Source: Kudoa neothunni
Lineage: Eukaryota; Animalia; Cnidaria
Assembly: GCA_964304625.1 (NCBI GenBank)
Contig: OZ199840.1
Coordinates: 9,656,240 to 9,720,239 of the forward strand
Reading direction: 5' to 3'
DNA length: 64,000 bases
Position 1 is the stretch's first letter. The number at the start of each line of letters is the position of its first letter. A program made the position numbers and the translations under genes. Positions 11,137 to 25,032 of this stretch are shown one piece after another. A model generated the notes under the pieces. The model worked only from the letters and a program-made list of their open reading frames with translations, ran no database searches and had not been told where the DNA came from.

Positions 11137-13650
11137 AATACTATAATTTTATTTATTATAAATTAATGTTATAATTAAAAATCTAGAAATCATTGTAAAG
11201 TATGCAACAACTTATAATTTTTAAACATGGCTCGAAACAAACGAACAAAGGTACAATTACTTAGAGATACTTTATTTTGTTACCATCAAATCTGGATTTT
11301 CAGATTTCTCCATTAAATATATTATTGCTGTTTTATTGTTTGTATTTTTTTTTATTTCTATAAAAGCATTAATTGTCAAGTAATTCTACTGGGTCCATTG
11401 GACCCAGAGTGTAAGTACAAATATTAATAATTGCCTCTAATAGTGTAGCGTTTTGACAGTAAAAATTCATAATACTAAAAATACTTATATAACTTTAATT
11501 AGGATAAAATAAAAATGAAAAGATGCTATGAGTCCGGAGAAAGTTTCGATATTCTATATGTCTGAACAACAACTGTTTATAATGACTTATTGTGAATTTG
11601 TTTTCATAATAATGCCATGAACAAATAAAATAAACATTTAAGGACAAGAAATGTAATCACATTCATATTCCTTCATAGTGAAATATAGAAACAAGTGTTT
11701 AACATGAGAATTATGTTATTGACTTCATCATCATATATGCGATTAGAAGAAAAATTAATTTTTTAAAGCCGCTTCAGACTAAAAAAGTTATAAAAAACAC
11801 TAAAAATGGGTAGCCAAACGCTCCACAATCACCATAGTACCACCTATCACCGTCTTTAAGCTATAGTTTGGATGGTTGAACTATGTCCGTGACTATTCAT
11901 TACATTATGATGTTTGATTATTTTTAATTATATTTCAATATTTTTCTAAGAACGAGTCATTTTCGACTTTTATTGTGAATCATTTTTAGGGTTGAAAGGA
12001 TTCAAATGAAAAATTTAATTTACGCAATAGTAAGAACATCAATTTTCTCAATTTTTTAAATCTTATATCAAACGAAACCGTCAAAAGTAGGTTTTTGGTT
12101 TCATATATTATTGTGTCTTTCGTTATCGAGATTAAATGATCAAACGATTTGCTAAAATATAACAAATTACGCATGATCGAGAGTTTACTGTAAATCAAAG
12201 CAAGTGTAAGATGATACATAGGCATTGGTCGGCATTAATATTCAATAATTGTAAAATATTAGTCCTTCTTTTCAAAGGTTTTTTCTTTATGTAGCATGTG
12301 AAATATGCAAGTGTTATCTCCTTGAAAATCACAATTCCATACTTTTCATACTTTTCATAAATTTCATAAAATCTTAATTTTGAATAATAATAAAATATAC
12401 TTTTTGGGTTTCGGTTTCATTTTCAATAGAAAATTTATATACTATCATTGAGAGTAGAATCCAGCCAATCATTTTTATTACTATTGCAAAAATTTACGAT
12501 CGATGAAGATTAGAAACTAACTAATATGTTTACATTGATTTGCGATGTAGTATTAACACTAAAATTAATAAATTTTACTTTTTTCGTTAAATAAGAATCT
12601 TTGATTTGGATATCTTGGAAAAATCCGGCCTAATTGGCCAGAATCACATAAACTTTTCGTTCACATGAACGAATACTTTAAAACTATTAAAATCATAACT
12701 TTTAATTATTTTCATACATTGAAACAAAATATTGTTTATTTTGATATTTATTTATTTATTCCTAAAGATGCCATGGCTCTAATTATGACTAAAAAATCTT
12801 GTTAATTAATTTAAAGTTCGTTTCTTGAAGAATCCACTCGATCAAATACTAAGCCACTTAACTAATAAACTTATTTATCACGTTGGGAATATTACCTATT
12901 AATAGTCAACTTTAAATTCTATCTATTTTTAAACCCTTTTCTGAAGAAAAGTAAAAATTATAAATAAATTAATGTTTTCTTATCAATATGAAATCCACTT
13001 TATTTCAGTAGTTAAGATTAAGCCACCCATCTGCAATGATTTTTGTTTATTTTATAAAATCAATAGATAATTGAGAAAGAATTGGATTATTTATTTATAA
13101 TATTGCACAACAATAGAATCTTCTGGGGTATAATTCGAAAACTTTACTAACAAAATCTTTTATTAACTTTGTAAGTCAGTGGTTTTCAACATTTTGGAAT
13201 CGCAAACCCTCTTACAAGCTCAAATTGCCTTGCGGATCCTCATATACATAAATAAAACGTAAAGTTTAAAAAAAATTCTTACGCATTTATTCATAAAAAT
13301 ATTCTTAAAAATTATTCGACTTCGCCATGGACATAGGCAACATGTGTTTGTAAATAGATACATACTGTTAGTTTCAATTATACTGTGCTGTGGATCATCT
13401 ACTTAAAAGTTTAAACCCACTGCATTAAGTTTTTGAGATACGATCACCCTTCAACTAATTTTGGCAGCACAACAATTCGGAGTGTTATTCTTGACAAATG
13501 TCCTCAACAAATTATTTCGAGCTATTGTAAAAAAATGAAAAATATCCTATGGAAGAAATTTTGAGAATAACAACAATCAGGACTTGAATTAATCTTTTTG
13601 AATAGGGAGATGGATCGGCCCCTTGTAATCCCCTTAGGGATGAGAAAATT

Positions 13651-15038
13651 GTACGTACCAGAGTGACACAACGTCCAATAAAATTCGTCAGTGTCCGACC
13701 TTAAATACTCCATATAGAGACATCTGAAAATGGACCATGCAGTTAAAAAACTTTAGTACGTTTAATTTGGTTCAACAACTATTATAATGGGCTAAAATAA
13801 GGTATAAGCCTTGTGCCGTACTCAAGCTATTCTAATGATTTAACAGAGTTATAATCTATGAGAAAAACTAACTTCTCAAAATGACATGACTAGGCGATTA
13901 CGGATCTTTTGCAACGTTAATCCAGCTCTTTAGGTATGTCTTTTACATTCTGTAGAAAGCACTGGGATAGAATTAACTGACCTTACAAGATGTTTGTGGC
14001 TAGAATGAGCCCAACAAATTAGAGGATCGTCATACTTTTTAAACATATTCGTTTAAATCATTTCGTACTCCTTCCCTATACGTGTGATGTTCGATGATAG
14101 CAAAAAAGTATCAATAGTATCTAAGATTCTTCTTTTTTAACACAGGTTAGGTTGACTTAGAATAGAATTAGAGAAAGCATTATTAACTTGTACATTTAAA
14201 GGTTTAATTTTGAAAAAATCTAAAACTGTCGAAAATATATTTATAACTGCGTTTTTAACTTCATCATTATGTACAATCCACTTTAAATATTCAAACTTTT
14301 TATAATTAGGATGAAAGGCAGGGCAATTACATGTGCCTTTGTTTATTTAGAAGCGAATTTGCGCTATAAATCCACTAAAAATATTAATGAGAACTCATTT
14401 ATTCCGATCGGCAAGAATGCGCCAAACAAATCATTTCAATATATCTTGGCATAGCTATCCTTTTACTCCATGCCTCGAAAGCATCAATATTTTGATCAAG
14501 TGATCCATATTTCACTCCCAGATAAAATATTTCTTTTAATCAAGTTGATCTGCAGTCGTCACTTCCAACTGGTTCTCGCGATTAATGCTATTTTTAATTT
14601 TAGGCTTTGTAACCTGTTCAACACTCATCAGTCTGTTTAAATTGGACATTTATGGAATTTTAAAATATTTATACCAATTTAGAATTCTTCAGAGTTTCTA
14701 AGGACGAAATTTTGATAGCATATTTAAATATAGTGTGAGATTTGTAAATGTAGTCTTTCTATTTAATGAGTGAGATTTTTTTTCAGGGATAGAGATCGGC
14801 AGCATTTGTGTTCTCAACTAACCCAATATTCTTTTCAACAGGTAATTTCTGTAAATTTTTTAAAATTGCATTATTTTGAATAGATATCTAAATTATTGGA
14901 ACACTTAAGGCTGACATTATTTCCGCGTGTCCTAACATCCGCTCGGACAAACATTAACAATGTTTGTCCGACTAGCGTTTGTTCTAATCCAACTTAACTT
15001 TGTCGGGCATCGGACAGTGTGTCACTCTGGTACGTAGC
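13651..15038. repeat. Inverted pair of a short MITE-like repeat bracketing decayed DNA-transposon sequence
   Basis: TACGTACCAGAGTGACACA at about 13652 and its reverse complement at about 15018-15036; perfect 13-bp hairpin TCGGACAAACATT-AAC-AATGTTTGTCCGA at about 14943-14971; hAT-like end CAGTGGTTTTCAAC at 13177 nearby. Confidence 0.5.
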
Positions 15039-15531
15039 TTTTCGCACAGACGCACAAAAAATATTAAAACATTAAATTAGCTATAATTTAAATACTATCG
15101 AAAAACAGTTAATTTTTTGTTTAAAGTTGAATAAACATCCAAAATAGAATCAGATATTAACTCTCACTTCTTTGAGCCATGATGGTAAAATAATTGCCAA
15201 GCTTTTCGAAATAAAGGAAAACCTTCTTTGATGGGTTCAATTTTTTTATGAATATAATAATCTTCTATTTTTTTAATATTTGGAGTATGCCATTGTGCCA
15301 TTTTTACTAATATGAATTAAGAAGGAAACCATTATAGACCACATTTCAGTATATTTACACGTGTCTCAATTTATCCTTCGTTTTTAACTAGCTGCCACAT
15401 CTTTGTAACTACAAAAACTTATTAATTGTTTAATTTTGATAGAAAAAAGAACAAACGCTTAATTTAATCAAGTGGTTAAAACAAAAAGATATGTACAACT
15501 GATCCTCAGATGATTTTTTATTTTTCATTTA

Positions 15532-18050
15532 TTACCGGGTATTTCATCCAAACCCGGAGGTTATGACGATCAAATCAGGACAGCGCGAGGGGTGTTAGAT
15601 TGTTAAAATTTTATGAATTCTTTGTTTTCTGACAATGAAGCACTTTTAATTTATTTTAATAATTGCAAATTATTATCTTAAGGAAACAAAATAAGTTGTA
15701 ACTTTAACTTTGGAAAACCATTTAAAATTTAAACGAATATTACCATATGACTACAACCATTAATTCGATTATTTCTGAATTATATTTTTTGTAAATTTCA
15801 AAATATGTAAACATATTATTGAAAATAGGGTTAAATTAACGAAAATTTAGTTTTGGTGAAAATATTTAAATAATTCGACTTTGGTTTTATTAAAATCAAT
15901 TTATATGGTATTTTTTCCATGTGAAGTTTTTAAATATTTTATTAAAGTTATTCTTCTTATAAAAATGAGTATTTTTAATTTTGAAATTACGTTAATAATG
16001 ATGTTTAATATGGAATAATTATCGAAATACAAACGTGACACGACTTCCATGTGGTAACATTCGGCACGAGGGAGAGCTAAAATGGTGGGTCGAAAAGAAC
16101 ACAGTAATGGTGCTAGAAATATTGCGCTCAACACGATAGTTTCCGAAGGAAGGTTGCTTGCTGAAAAAACAGAAGCACTGGAATTCCACGTTCAACTTTG
16201 AGCGATATGGTTAAAAAATATTTTGAAAAGGAGGAGCGCACAAAAGGACAAAAAGGCGGTGTAAGGAATGTAAAACTTACGGAAAGCATAAAAAATGAAA
16301 CGCTACGCCTAATTAATGATGACTGCACTATCACATTGCGGTTCATTGTGGATAAATATGGGGTAATTGTGTGTGTTACCGCTGTAAGGAAGGAAATGGA
16401 TTAAATCAATGGATATTACATTCAAAATGGTGAGAGGTATCCCTAATAGTAGAAACTCTCCTGATGTAAAATAGGAGCGATAACATTACGCTGATTGGAA
16501 CACAAATTTATCAATCTACGTAAGATAAAACAAAATGGTATTCATCGATGAGAGCCCTTTTTCCATGCACATGTTACGCTCACACGGACGCTCGCTAATT
16601 AGTACAACTCCAAATCCTGTTGTCATGAACAGTAGAGGTCGTAATGTCACCATGATATTTGCCGTAGGCGCGATCAATGTTGTACATTGTGAGGTTGTTC
16701 AAGACAGTGTGGGTGGTAACATCTTCCGACAGATTTTGTTAAAGATTGAAGAAATACATGGAGATGGAAACTTCATTATAGTTATAGATAATGTAAGGTT
16801 TCATCATTGAAATCCCGATTTTTATGATGAATACCCATACGAAATAAAGTATTTTCCAAGGTATTCACCTTTTTTGAATCCTTGCAAAGAGATATTTTCA
16901 AAGGTAAAGAGTGGAATGAGGCGAAATAGACCCATTCAAGGAAAAAACGATTTAATTTAACGGATGAAGCGCTCCACTGAGGAAGTTCAAGAACCTCACC
17001 TAAATAAAAGCCTTCTTCCAGCATTCGGAATCATTCCTTGGAAGATGCCATACATAAGTGACATCGATAGAAACTAATTTATTGATGCTTGTTTTCCTGT
17101 TTGTTCCTCACTTCAAAACTTTATTTCTTGCTTATTAACTCATGAACGGTTTCAATTTTAACAAATTACATGATTCTTCATAATGATTGTGTTTAATAAA
17201 AGAGCTTATCCTGAGGGATGAAAATAAATATCAAAATAACATTCTTTATTAAAAATAATTGAATAATTTTTTGACGGAAAAATAATAATGTAAATATCAT
17301 ATTTGATTCTGATTTGAAATAATTATGGAATATAAAACTATTTAGCATTTTGTCAAATTTTTAATAGGTGAAATTGATCTAGTATCAATTGCGATAAATT
17401 TAAATGAAAAAACCTCTACACTATAAAATGGATTTTTTCCATTTTTACCTGAATTTGAAATTGACTTTTGTTGAGATAAAATTATTGACTCTCAATATAA
17501 TCATTACGATTAAAATAACGTAATTTTTTATTTGAGGAAGATGCAACTATTTTTTGAATGCTGCATCATGTATTTTTTAGTCACAAAATGATCATAGAAT
17601 GAATTTAATATGATTTCTTCCGAGAATTTTTTCAGTTAATTGACTATATTAATATGTATAAAGCTTTATTTTTATATTGATGTTATAACATTTTGATTTA
17701 ATGCATTATTATGATTAATATTGAAATATTAGCTTTCTCTACCCATTGTCTTAAAAAAATTTTAAGATATATATAATATTTTTATCCTATTATTTTATCA
17801 ATTTGTAAAGAGCGATGTAACTTATTTTATTTGAATAATAAATGGTCGAAGCAAAATAAATTTTTATTATAAAGATATGTTATTAATGGTGTGCCGAAAA
17901 GGGAATGCAAAACCTTGATGGGATAATAAAAAATTTAATGAATTATAAATCTAATAAATTGGTAAAAATCAAAATTTCAATTTCGGACCGCCTCTCGCAC
18001 GGTCCGGATTGGAATGTCTCACGTCCGGGATTGGATGAAAACCCCGGCAA
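15532..18050 (+). mobile_element. Tc1/IS630-like DNA transposon, decayed (transposase about 16100-17070)
   Basis: HTH region (STLSDMVKK..GG.RN.KL..DDCTITLR); DDE motifs VFIDES, VIDNVRFH and YSPFLNP.EIFSKVK; about 70-bp degenerate TIRs TT(A/G)CCGGG..TTTCATCCAA..CCGGA at both ends with TA flanks. Confidence 0.85.
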
Positions 18051-19657
18051 TAGTGATTATGCTTGTAAATTATATAGAGCGAATAATTCTAAAATTGTGT
18101 GAGTTTTAAAATCATCTAAAATATGAGCGAACCTTTTAATATGTAAAACAACTAATATACATATGGTCAGTCTATTACTGTATTTCTTTGGGTCATATAA
18201 AGTGTTTTATTGTAATAAAATAAAAACTCCAAGTATTTGTCAATTAAATGTCTCTAGTTTAATTTATATTGAAAATGTAGGTCAATATTTGAATTAATGA
18301 CAAATCGACAAGGGTTCTTACTTTGAATTTTGTAAAAAATACTAACTCCATAAAAGTAGAATACCTTTCAATCAACTCTTTCTTGATTAAAATGGATAGA
18401 AATCAATTATATTCCCATTATAGAATGATAATACTTTGTTAAATAATAAAAAAAATTTCATTTGAAGATATTTCATAGTTGTTTCTTGATTATGGTTAGC
18501 TTTTAAAAAGGGTGGAAGGTATTGGCACGGTAAATTTTACTCCTAAACATCGCGGGTACTTGCATAATGAAAATTTTTAACCCCAGCAACTCATACTAAA
18601 AAGCTTTAGACAGATTTTAATTTTTTGAATCCGTAATTTTTAATTATTTATGTTCCGCTGCATAAATCTTAAAGTCATAAATCATCAAATACAGTAAAAA
18701 CAAGTTACACTCAAATGTTATTCACTAAGTTAATGACAATTTAATTATTTAAATATTGCAATAATACGTTTTCAAAAATTATTTTACAATTAAATTAAAC
18801 TTTTAACTAATAAATTAAACAAACACAGAAAATAAATTATTATCGTGTATTTATTTAATTAATAATTAAAATATTCATATTCGATTATTAGGTTGATGGA
18901 CTAAAAGATCGACAGTCAAAACCACGACAATTTTCCCATGCAAGTTTCTAGTATATTACAATCATATTCTGAGGCACTGGCTATTGAGAAGATAGTTTTT
19001 AATCCAAAATGGCAAACGCGCACGCGCATTGTCAATTTTTAATCCCAGTAACTTCTATTTATGGTCGATTTAAAACGTCCATTTTTTAGAATCTGCTGTA
19101 TTTAATTATTTTTTGACCATCGCAAACTTTTTTAGGGCCAAAAATAATTAAGTACACTCAAAACTATATCTACCTGGATATTGTGATCCGTGTCAATAGC
19201 CACTTCAAAAATATTATTTGATGGACTTTATAAATTAATCCACTATAAGATTTACTTTTATTTATAAAAAAAGTGTCAAATAAAAATAATTCGGGTAAAA
19301 AACGTTTCCGCTTTGATAAATGTAAACTTCAATAATGCACCAATGTCTACAGGAATTTTTATCTAAATAAAGAAGTGAAGATTATTCAGACAAACCTCCG
19401 TTCAAATTTAAAAAATTCGAATAATTGTAGAAAAAAATATAACCGCCAGAAATAGTAGAAAATCACTGGGAAAAAATTCATATAAATCGAGTAATCGCAC
19501 ATTTTCAAACAGTAACACATAAAAAAGTGCAAATCAACTTAAAATCAAGAAGATTATCTGATAAAATGCTTAAAAATATCAGCTAAAAATTCTTTTATTA
19601 ACATAATAATGTACATACACACAAAAAAACAACAAAAAGTATTGAATTAATTATATA

Positions 19658-19879
19658 TTAAGATAATTTGGAATGATTTGTTGTGGAATATTCCATGCTT
19701 GGAGTAATCTTAGAAGGCGTCGCGATGGTGTTTGTAACGTCGGACTCTGCAAACGCTCTACTAATATCATTTTTGTTCAGTATCCACAGTGCTTTTGTGA
19801 TGAATCGAATAACAAGACCAATCAACCAAAGAAAAGCTATAAAAATTGATTTGTTGATTAGCTGACCAACTTCGCTCAT
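19658..19879 (-). CDS. Hypothetical small membrane protein
   Basis: 73-codon ORF from MSEVG with one hydrophobic helix, raised GC, and a GC palindrome about 50 bp upstream. No recognisable homology. Confidence 0.3.
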   Translation of the reverse strand: MSEVGQLINKSIFIAFLWLIGLVIRFITKALWILNKNDISRAFAESDVTNTIATPSKITPSMEYSTTNHSKLS

Positions 19880-20934
19880 TGAATGCTCATACAAAAATAC
19901 GAATCAATGGATTCAATAATTGTTTGTCGTGCGCGCGCGCGCACCAGCAGAAACCGTGTCGAATTTTAATTTAATACAAATTAGAATAGTTGTCAAAATG
20001 AGGTTAATTTCATTGAAACAATATTCTTAATAAATTTACAATTTTTTATGGTCATTCAAGCAGTACGTTTATTTTTAAAAAGGTACACTCCTTGGAGAAA
20101 ACCTGTTGATATTTAAGCATATTTAAGCATTACTGTAATTTTTCAAACCAAAAACACCTTTACATTTTAGATTTATTCGTATTTGGATAATTTACCTTGT
20201 ATACTTTTGGATTAGTTTTTATTTTTGTTATAAAGCAAAGGTTTCAATTATTAATAAATCGGGGAATTACGTTGAAATTGTGAATACGTAAGTTACCACT
20301 CACAGCTTATTAAAATCTCATTAACATCATTTATAAAATTGAAAAAAATGAGTAACAATTATTATTTTTATTGCTGACGCACCTTAAGTTGATTGTATTT
20401 TTTATCGTTTTTAGACTAATAATAAATTTTATAACTGGAGGATTAATTTCTATTGCAAAAATTTTTTAAGCACTGAAAGTCCTATTTAAGTTATTTAAAT
20501 AGAACTTTGTTTAGTGAATAAATGAAATTTAATCGTTAATTAAATTGCTCGTAAAATTAAGATCATTATATTTTTGGTCATTAAGTTGTAAAATAAATTT
20601 AAAAATACTCAATACTTTCTCTCAATATCTCAATTTATATTTATATTTGAATTGAAAATATGAGCATATGTTTTTTTATCTAAATCATTACACTGAAAAA
20701 AATAATGTCAAGTTATAAAATTCATAAATAAAAATGGAGAAATAAAATATACAGGATTTGACGTGCTAATTAGATTAACATAATCGTAGAATTTCTCCAT
20801 TCAAGAATAAGACTAAAAGTTAAAATTTTCCATCACATGGTATCGGGTAAAACTGGGCATTAGCGCTAGTATTAAATAAATAACCAAATACGACACAATT
20901 GATGGTAACCCGAATGTGCAATGTCGATATAAAC

Positions 20935-21078
20935 CAGCGCTTCTCAACTAAAACTGGACTCACATCCTTTTTGCGTACAATAAGGTGTAACTGACTCAAA
21001 ATTTCTCGAAAATTATTTTCAATTTTGATCGGATCTCGCACCCCCTAAGGTATGGGCATCCCCAGTTGGGAACTCCTG
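20935..21078. mobile_element. hAT (Buster/Charlie-type) MITE
   Basis: TIRs CAGCGCTTCTCAACT / AGTTGGGAACTCCTG; perfect 8-bp TSD ATATAAAC with central TA. Confidence 0.9.
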
Positions 21079-21137
21079 ATATAAACATGTCTCCCTTGTC
21101 TGAATACAGCCATAATTCCTCTGATTATAATTACTCT

Positions 21138-21221
21138 TGTTAGAGTATTATATTTAACTATCAATAATGTTTGGTGGCGGACAATATATATTGGTGATTA
21201 TAATAATGGTCTCTTCATTGG
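21138..21221 (+). repeat. Partial LTR copy, inverted relative to the LTR at 22766-22903
   Basis: TGTTAGAG..ATATTTAACTATC(A/G)ATAATGTTTGG..GTGATTAT..GTCTCTTCATTGG matches the minus-strand reading of 22903 to about 22790. Confidence 0.8.
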
Positions 21222-22816
21222 GAGAGGTTATGAATTTTTTAGCTTCACTTCGTTAAATTGTCTATAATCCACACAAAGTCTCGATGAACCATCCTTTTTG
21301 GGGACTAATATTACATTAGAAACCCAGGGGCTTATTGACTCTTCGATGATACCGTCCTCTAAGAGTTTATCTACATGTTTCTTGATGAGGGTTCGTTGAC
21401 TAAATGCATGCCGTCTCAAATTTTGATGGATAGTTGAGGTTCCACTTGAGACTTTGATATGATGGTTTGCTCCTCTAACACTATTGAGAGTTTGTGATTT
21501 ATTGTAGATAAGTTCTTTGTATCGTTCGTGCGATAGTCTTGTTACTTCGTCATTTTTGACAATGATTTTTCGTACATCAGCTCGACATAGTTTAAGAAAA
21601 TTACGTTGTCATCCAAGGAAAATTTCTAGTCCGAATTTTTTTGAGTATATCCTTACCAATAATGAATTTCTTGTTGACTGATTGAAGCATCAGTATATCA
21701 CAGCACGTTGTAACATTTTTATGTTGACACATTGATCGACATGCCCCATTTATATGTACACATGAGCCGTCCGCTAATATCGCCGAAATTGGTACAGGTG
21801 TACAGGTGTACAGGTATAAGGGGTTCTAATTTATATTTTCGTGCGAGACAACTGCTTATTAAACTTCTTTGTGAACCTGTGTACATAATTCCAATTATTG
21901 GAATATTATTTAATATGATTTTGATCTTAATGAGATTAAATTCAGCAGTATCAATAAAAAAAGAGACAGAATAAATTGACCTTTTCGAAAAACAATTATT
22001 GCTATTATGACCAATTTTTTTGCAGTTGTAGCTGTAAGGTTTCTTTTTGAGATTGACCTTTTGTTGGTATTGTTCTCCAAAATTTTCAGCCTTTTGCTCA
22101 GGTCCTCGATAATACCAGTCATATCGCTGAGCATCTTGTATGTGTTTTGCTGTTTTCCTCGGATTACCGCGTTGCAAAAATCAGAATCGATCTTTCCGCC
22201 AGCATCGGTGTCGATTCCTTTGACATCCTCCAAGTCAGCTTGCATTAAGGCTGTTTGTTCCGCAATTACTTCCTTTTGATTGTTTAGAGTCATTTCTATA
22301 GACTCAGCAGCATCGAGAAGTTCCTCGTATTTTAGGGATTTTGTCATAAATAAATGCTGCTGCATTGTTGGATTTGAACATCCTTTTATAAATTAATTCC
22401 GGCAAATTATCTCCAGAGAATCAGCAGAACCTCTGAATAGTGCTTTTTTTGCGAGGCCGCGGAAAAAAGACCAAAGACTAAAGAAGCGAGCGGTTTCGGA
22501 GGGTCCTTGCAAAGCCAATACAAAGCGATTGTGTGCCACATAGGAAGATTCGCAACGAGAATAATTTCCTCGTATTCTCCTTTCGAGTCATAACTTTGGT
22601 CCTTTAGTGATTTGAAAACTTCTTCATAAAGTAATATTTTCAAAATAGCACAATTATCATCTTGTTCGCTGATCTTGTCGATTTGGCAGGTCAGTTCGAA
22701 TTTGTCAAGCCACGCAAGTACATGCTGTGACCCATCGAATACAGCGATCCTGCTCACTGCGCCAATGTTAGAATCTTTGATAGAGTGCACCAATGAAGAG
22801 ACTATTGTAATAATCA

Positions 22817-22851
<35 letters not shown>

Positions 22852-22903
22852 CTCGCTCGCTCGCTTCCAAACATTATCGATAGTTAAATATGACTCTCTA
22901 ACA
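21222..22903 (-). mobile_element. Decayed, 3'-truncated Ty3/Gypsy element (LTR, PBS, gag, protease, start of RT)
   Basis: LTR 22766-22903 with a (TA)n expansion; 18-nt PBS TGGCGCAGTGAGCAGGAT; gag FDGSQ..WLDKFE; degenerate CCHC; YTGS protease; [26 protein letters not shown]. Confidence 0.9.
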
Positions 22904-24536
22904 AATCGTACGCTGATTATTCAATTTATGACAACTCTTCGTCATTTTGTATTATTTTTTTATTGTAGATAGCAATAAAAAACACATTATAATTGTTTTT
23001 ATGAAAGAATCACTGTTTGCAATCATTTTGTGTGTTTCTTTGTAATATTATATCGTGTTGTGTATAAGAAAATATAATAACATGAATTATTCGAATTATT
23101 TTCATAAATAAAAAATCACCGAAATAAACCTATGAATACAATCATATTCTAAAGTAACGTATTCACATGTAATTTTGAGCATTGGCAAGCAAGCCGCAAA
23201 CTTAATAATTGATTGTTTAAGCAACATTCAAGATATGAATTTTCCTCATATTTTTTCTCCAATATTAACTTCTATTTAAGGCAATTTTATGAAATAAATA
23301 CGCGGAGTATACTTTTACACCATATTTAATATTTATTTGATGGGTTCAGGTTATCCGTCTACTAATACTAAGGCGGTAAATAATGCGTCGTTCTAAATGA
23401 ATCCGTATTTAATAAAAAGTTGTTTTATGTAATTTATAAACTAAAGCTACATAAAAACTAGCCAATTTTAATAATTAATAAACGGCTACTTTACGTATTA
23501 TATATTGAATTACTTGTAAAGTTACATAAATAATTTTTCTCTCAAAAATTTTTATTATGGTTAATTAACCTAAATATACATTTTTACGAGTATGAAAACT
23601 AACTTTATTCCAACATATATGTAGAAAAAACAGTTCGAATAATCGTATACAATCGGAAAATATTGATTCTGCAGTATTCTTAGATTTATTCTTTATTCAT
23701 TTGATAGAATAATTTTTTACTAACAATTATGGACGAATATGATTTTATAAACTAAAATAAACGATAAAAAACTGGTGTCCATTGGACCTAAAAAATGACG
23801 TGATGAATAAGTGATTTTACAATGCTTGGGGGGTTAATTAACCTAAATCTTTTTATTAATTAAAATCAAATATTATGGTTGTTATTATTATTAGATTCGT
23901 AATCCTCTTAAAATTTCGACCCCCTTTTTTCCCAAGAATACGCACTCAACCATAGATTTCAAATGTGTGTGAGAGTCAATTGTCCCTTATTTCAGGAATA
24001 TTGATGACTACAATTCCTTAATTCTAATAATGAGATTATAACATTTTTTTTGAATTTTTCATCGAAACTAACCATCTACAAAAATTTACACGAAGATTAC
24101 CGAACGTTAAAAATTGATTTCTTGCTTTGTTGTGGCCAGTTAAATAGCTGTGCCATATAAAAATTTAACCAAGTTTTAAAGTAAATACAATAAAATTCAA
24201 CCTAATACCAAATTATTTAAGAATCCTTGTCAAATATGTATTATACACGCGCACGCACGTATATATAATTAATTGCAATTTTTTGTACTAATTTAACATA
24301 TAATTTATAATTAAACTATGAAATTATTCACTAACACTTTTCGAACTATAATCTCTACACGTATGAATACATTTTAAAGTCGATACATTGAACAAATATT
24401 TTACAAGGTTTAAATAAACTTACGAGAAACAATGAAAAAATATTATTTTTTATAAATTAAATATATGTGTGTCTTAATTAGTATAATTATTTTAAATCTT
24501 TAAAAAAATTACTGACAAAGACAAATCACTAAAAAT

Positions 24537-24934
24537 CTAATATAATTTTAAATCTTTAAAAAATAGGTTAACAACGTTCCTTTGATAAGGTTTCAGGCGA
24601 GACATGTGGGTATATTTTCCGGTTGTTCGATCCACAAATGATGCAAAATATTGTTTTGGAGGAGTAGATCGGCGTAATGTTTTAACTCCAATTCATCGGA
24701 TACCTAGTCAATTATTAATCAAACTACACCAACCAACATCCACAAACTCCTAGCACTATTTTATGCATAGATTGCAATTGATGGAGATAGTTTTTGGTGT
24801 CATCGTCAGCGAGATTTTCTATAATAACCGCAACCGACGCATGACATCCTTGGGCAACAACAGCGCCGCGTGAATAGTTGAATTTTTTTAGTGAGATCTT
24901 TTCTCAGTAGTATTATTTGAACTAATTTTTCCAT
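24537..24934 (-). CDS. PTRHD1: Peptidyl-tRNA hydrolase domain-containing protein 1 (PTH2 family); one intron, two 1-nt frameshifts
   Basis: Manual translation: [49 protein letters not shown]|[28 protein letters not shown](L)KPY..FKDLKLY*. This matches the PTRHD1 motifs VQY..RKDL, GALVAQACHA, M.K.VL and LW.EQPENI.TC.AL.PY. Confidence 0.9.
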
Positions 24935-25032
24935 ACTTGAAGATGAGTAAAAATATGCAGGATCTGGGATGTATTTTAGTATAATGCGCGTGCGCGAGAA
25001 ATTAACCCATTGGATTTTATAAAAGTCTAGTT

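Larger units (their letters stand above)
5048..11423 (-). mobile_element. piggyBac DNA transposon (decayed), carrying a Gypsy insertion
   Basis: TTAA TSD at 5044-5047 and 11424-11427. Degenerate TIRs CACTCGTACGTACGC / TATTTGTACTTACAC (rc). Subterminal palindrome CTGGGTCCAATGGACC(C/T)AG sits close to the 5' end and about 30 bp from the 3' end, as in canonical piggyBac. Confidence 0.9.
3139..11827. mobile_element. Unclassified long-TIR non-autonomous element, copy A (split by piggyBac)
   Basis: 3139-5043 plus 11428-11827 match the intact copy at 33835-36286 in inverted orientation. Removing the piggyBac restores the TIR sequence ...CAAATTAACAC[TTAA]TAATTGC.... Confidence 0.85.
2901..12190. mobile_element. 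pogo/Tigger-type MITE, outermost shell of a nested TE cluster
   Basis: TA|TAGTAAACTCTCGAT at 2901 and ATCGAGAGTTTACTG|TA ending at 12190 form a TIR pair with TA TSD. Interrupted by the 3139-11827 insertion. Confidence 0.7.

Noticed and set aside
23770-23837. Solo piggyBac-like end (GTCCATTGGAC palindrome, GGGGTTAA); similar end near 53457-53540
   Set aside because: No convincing partner end or transposase found.
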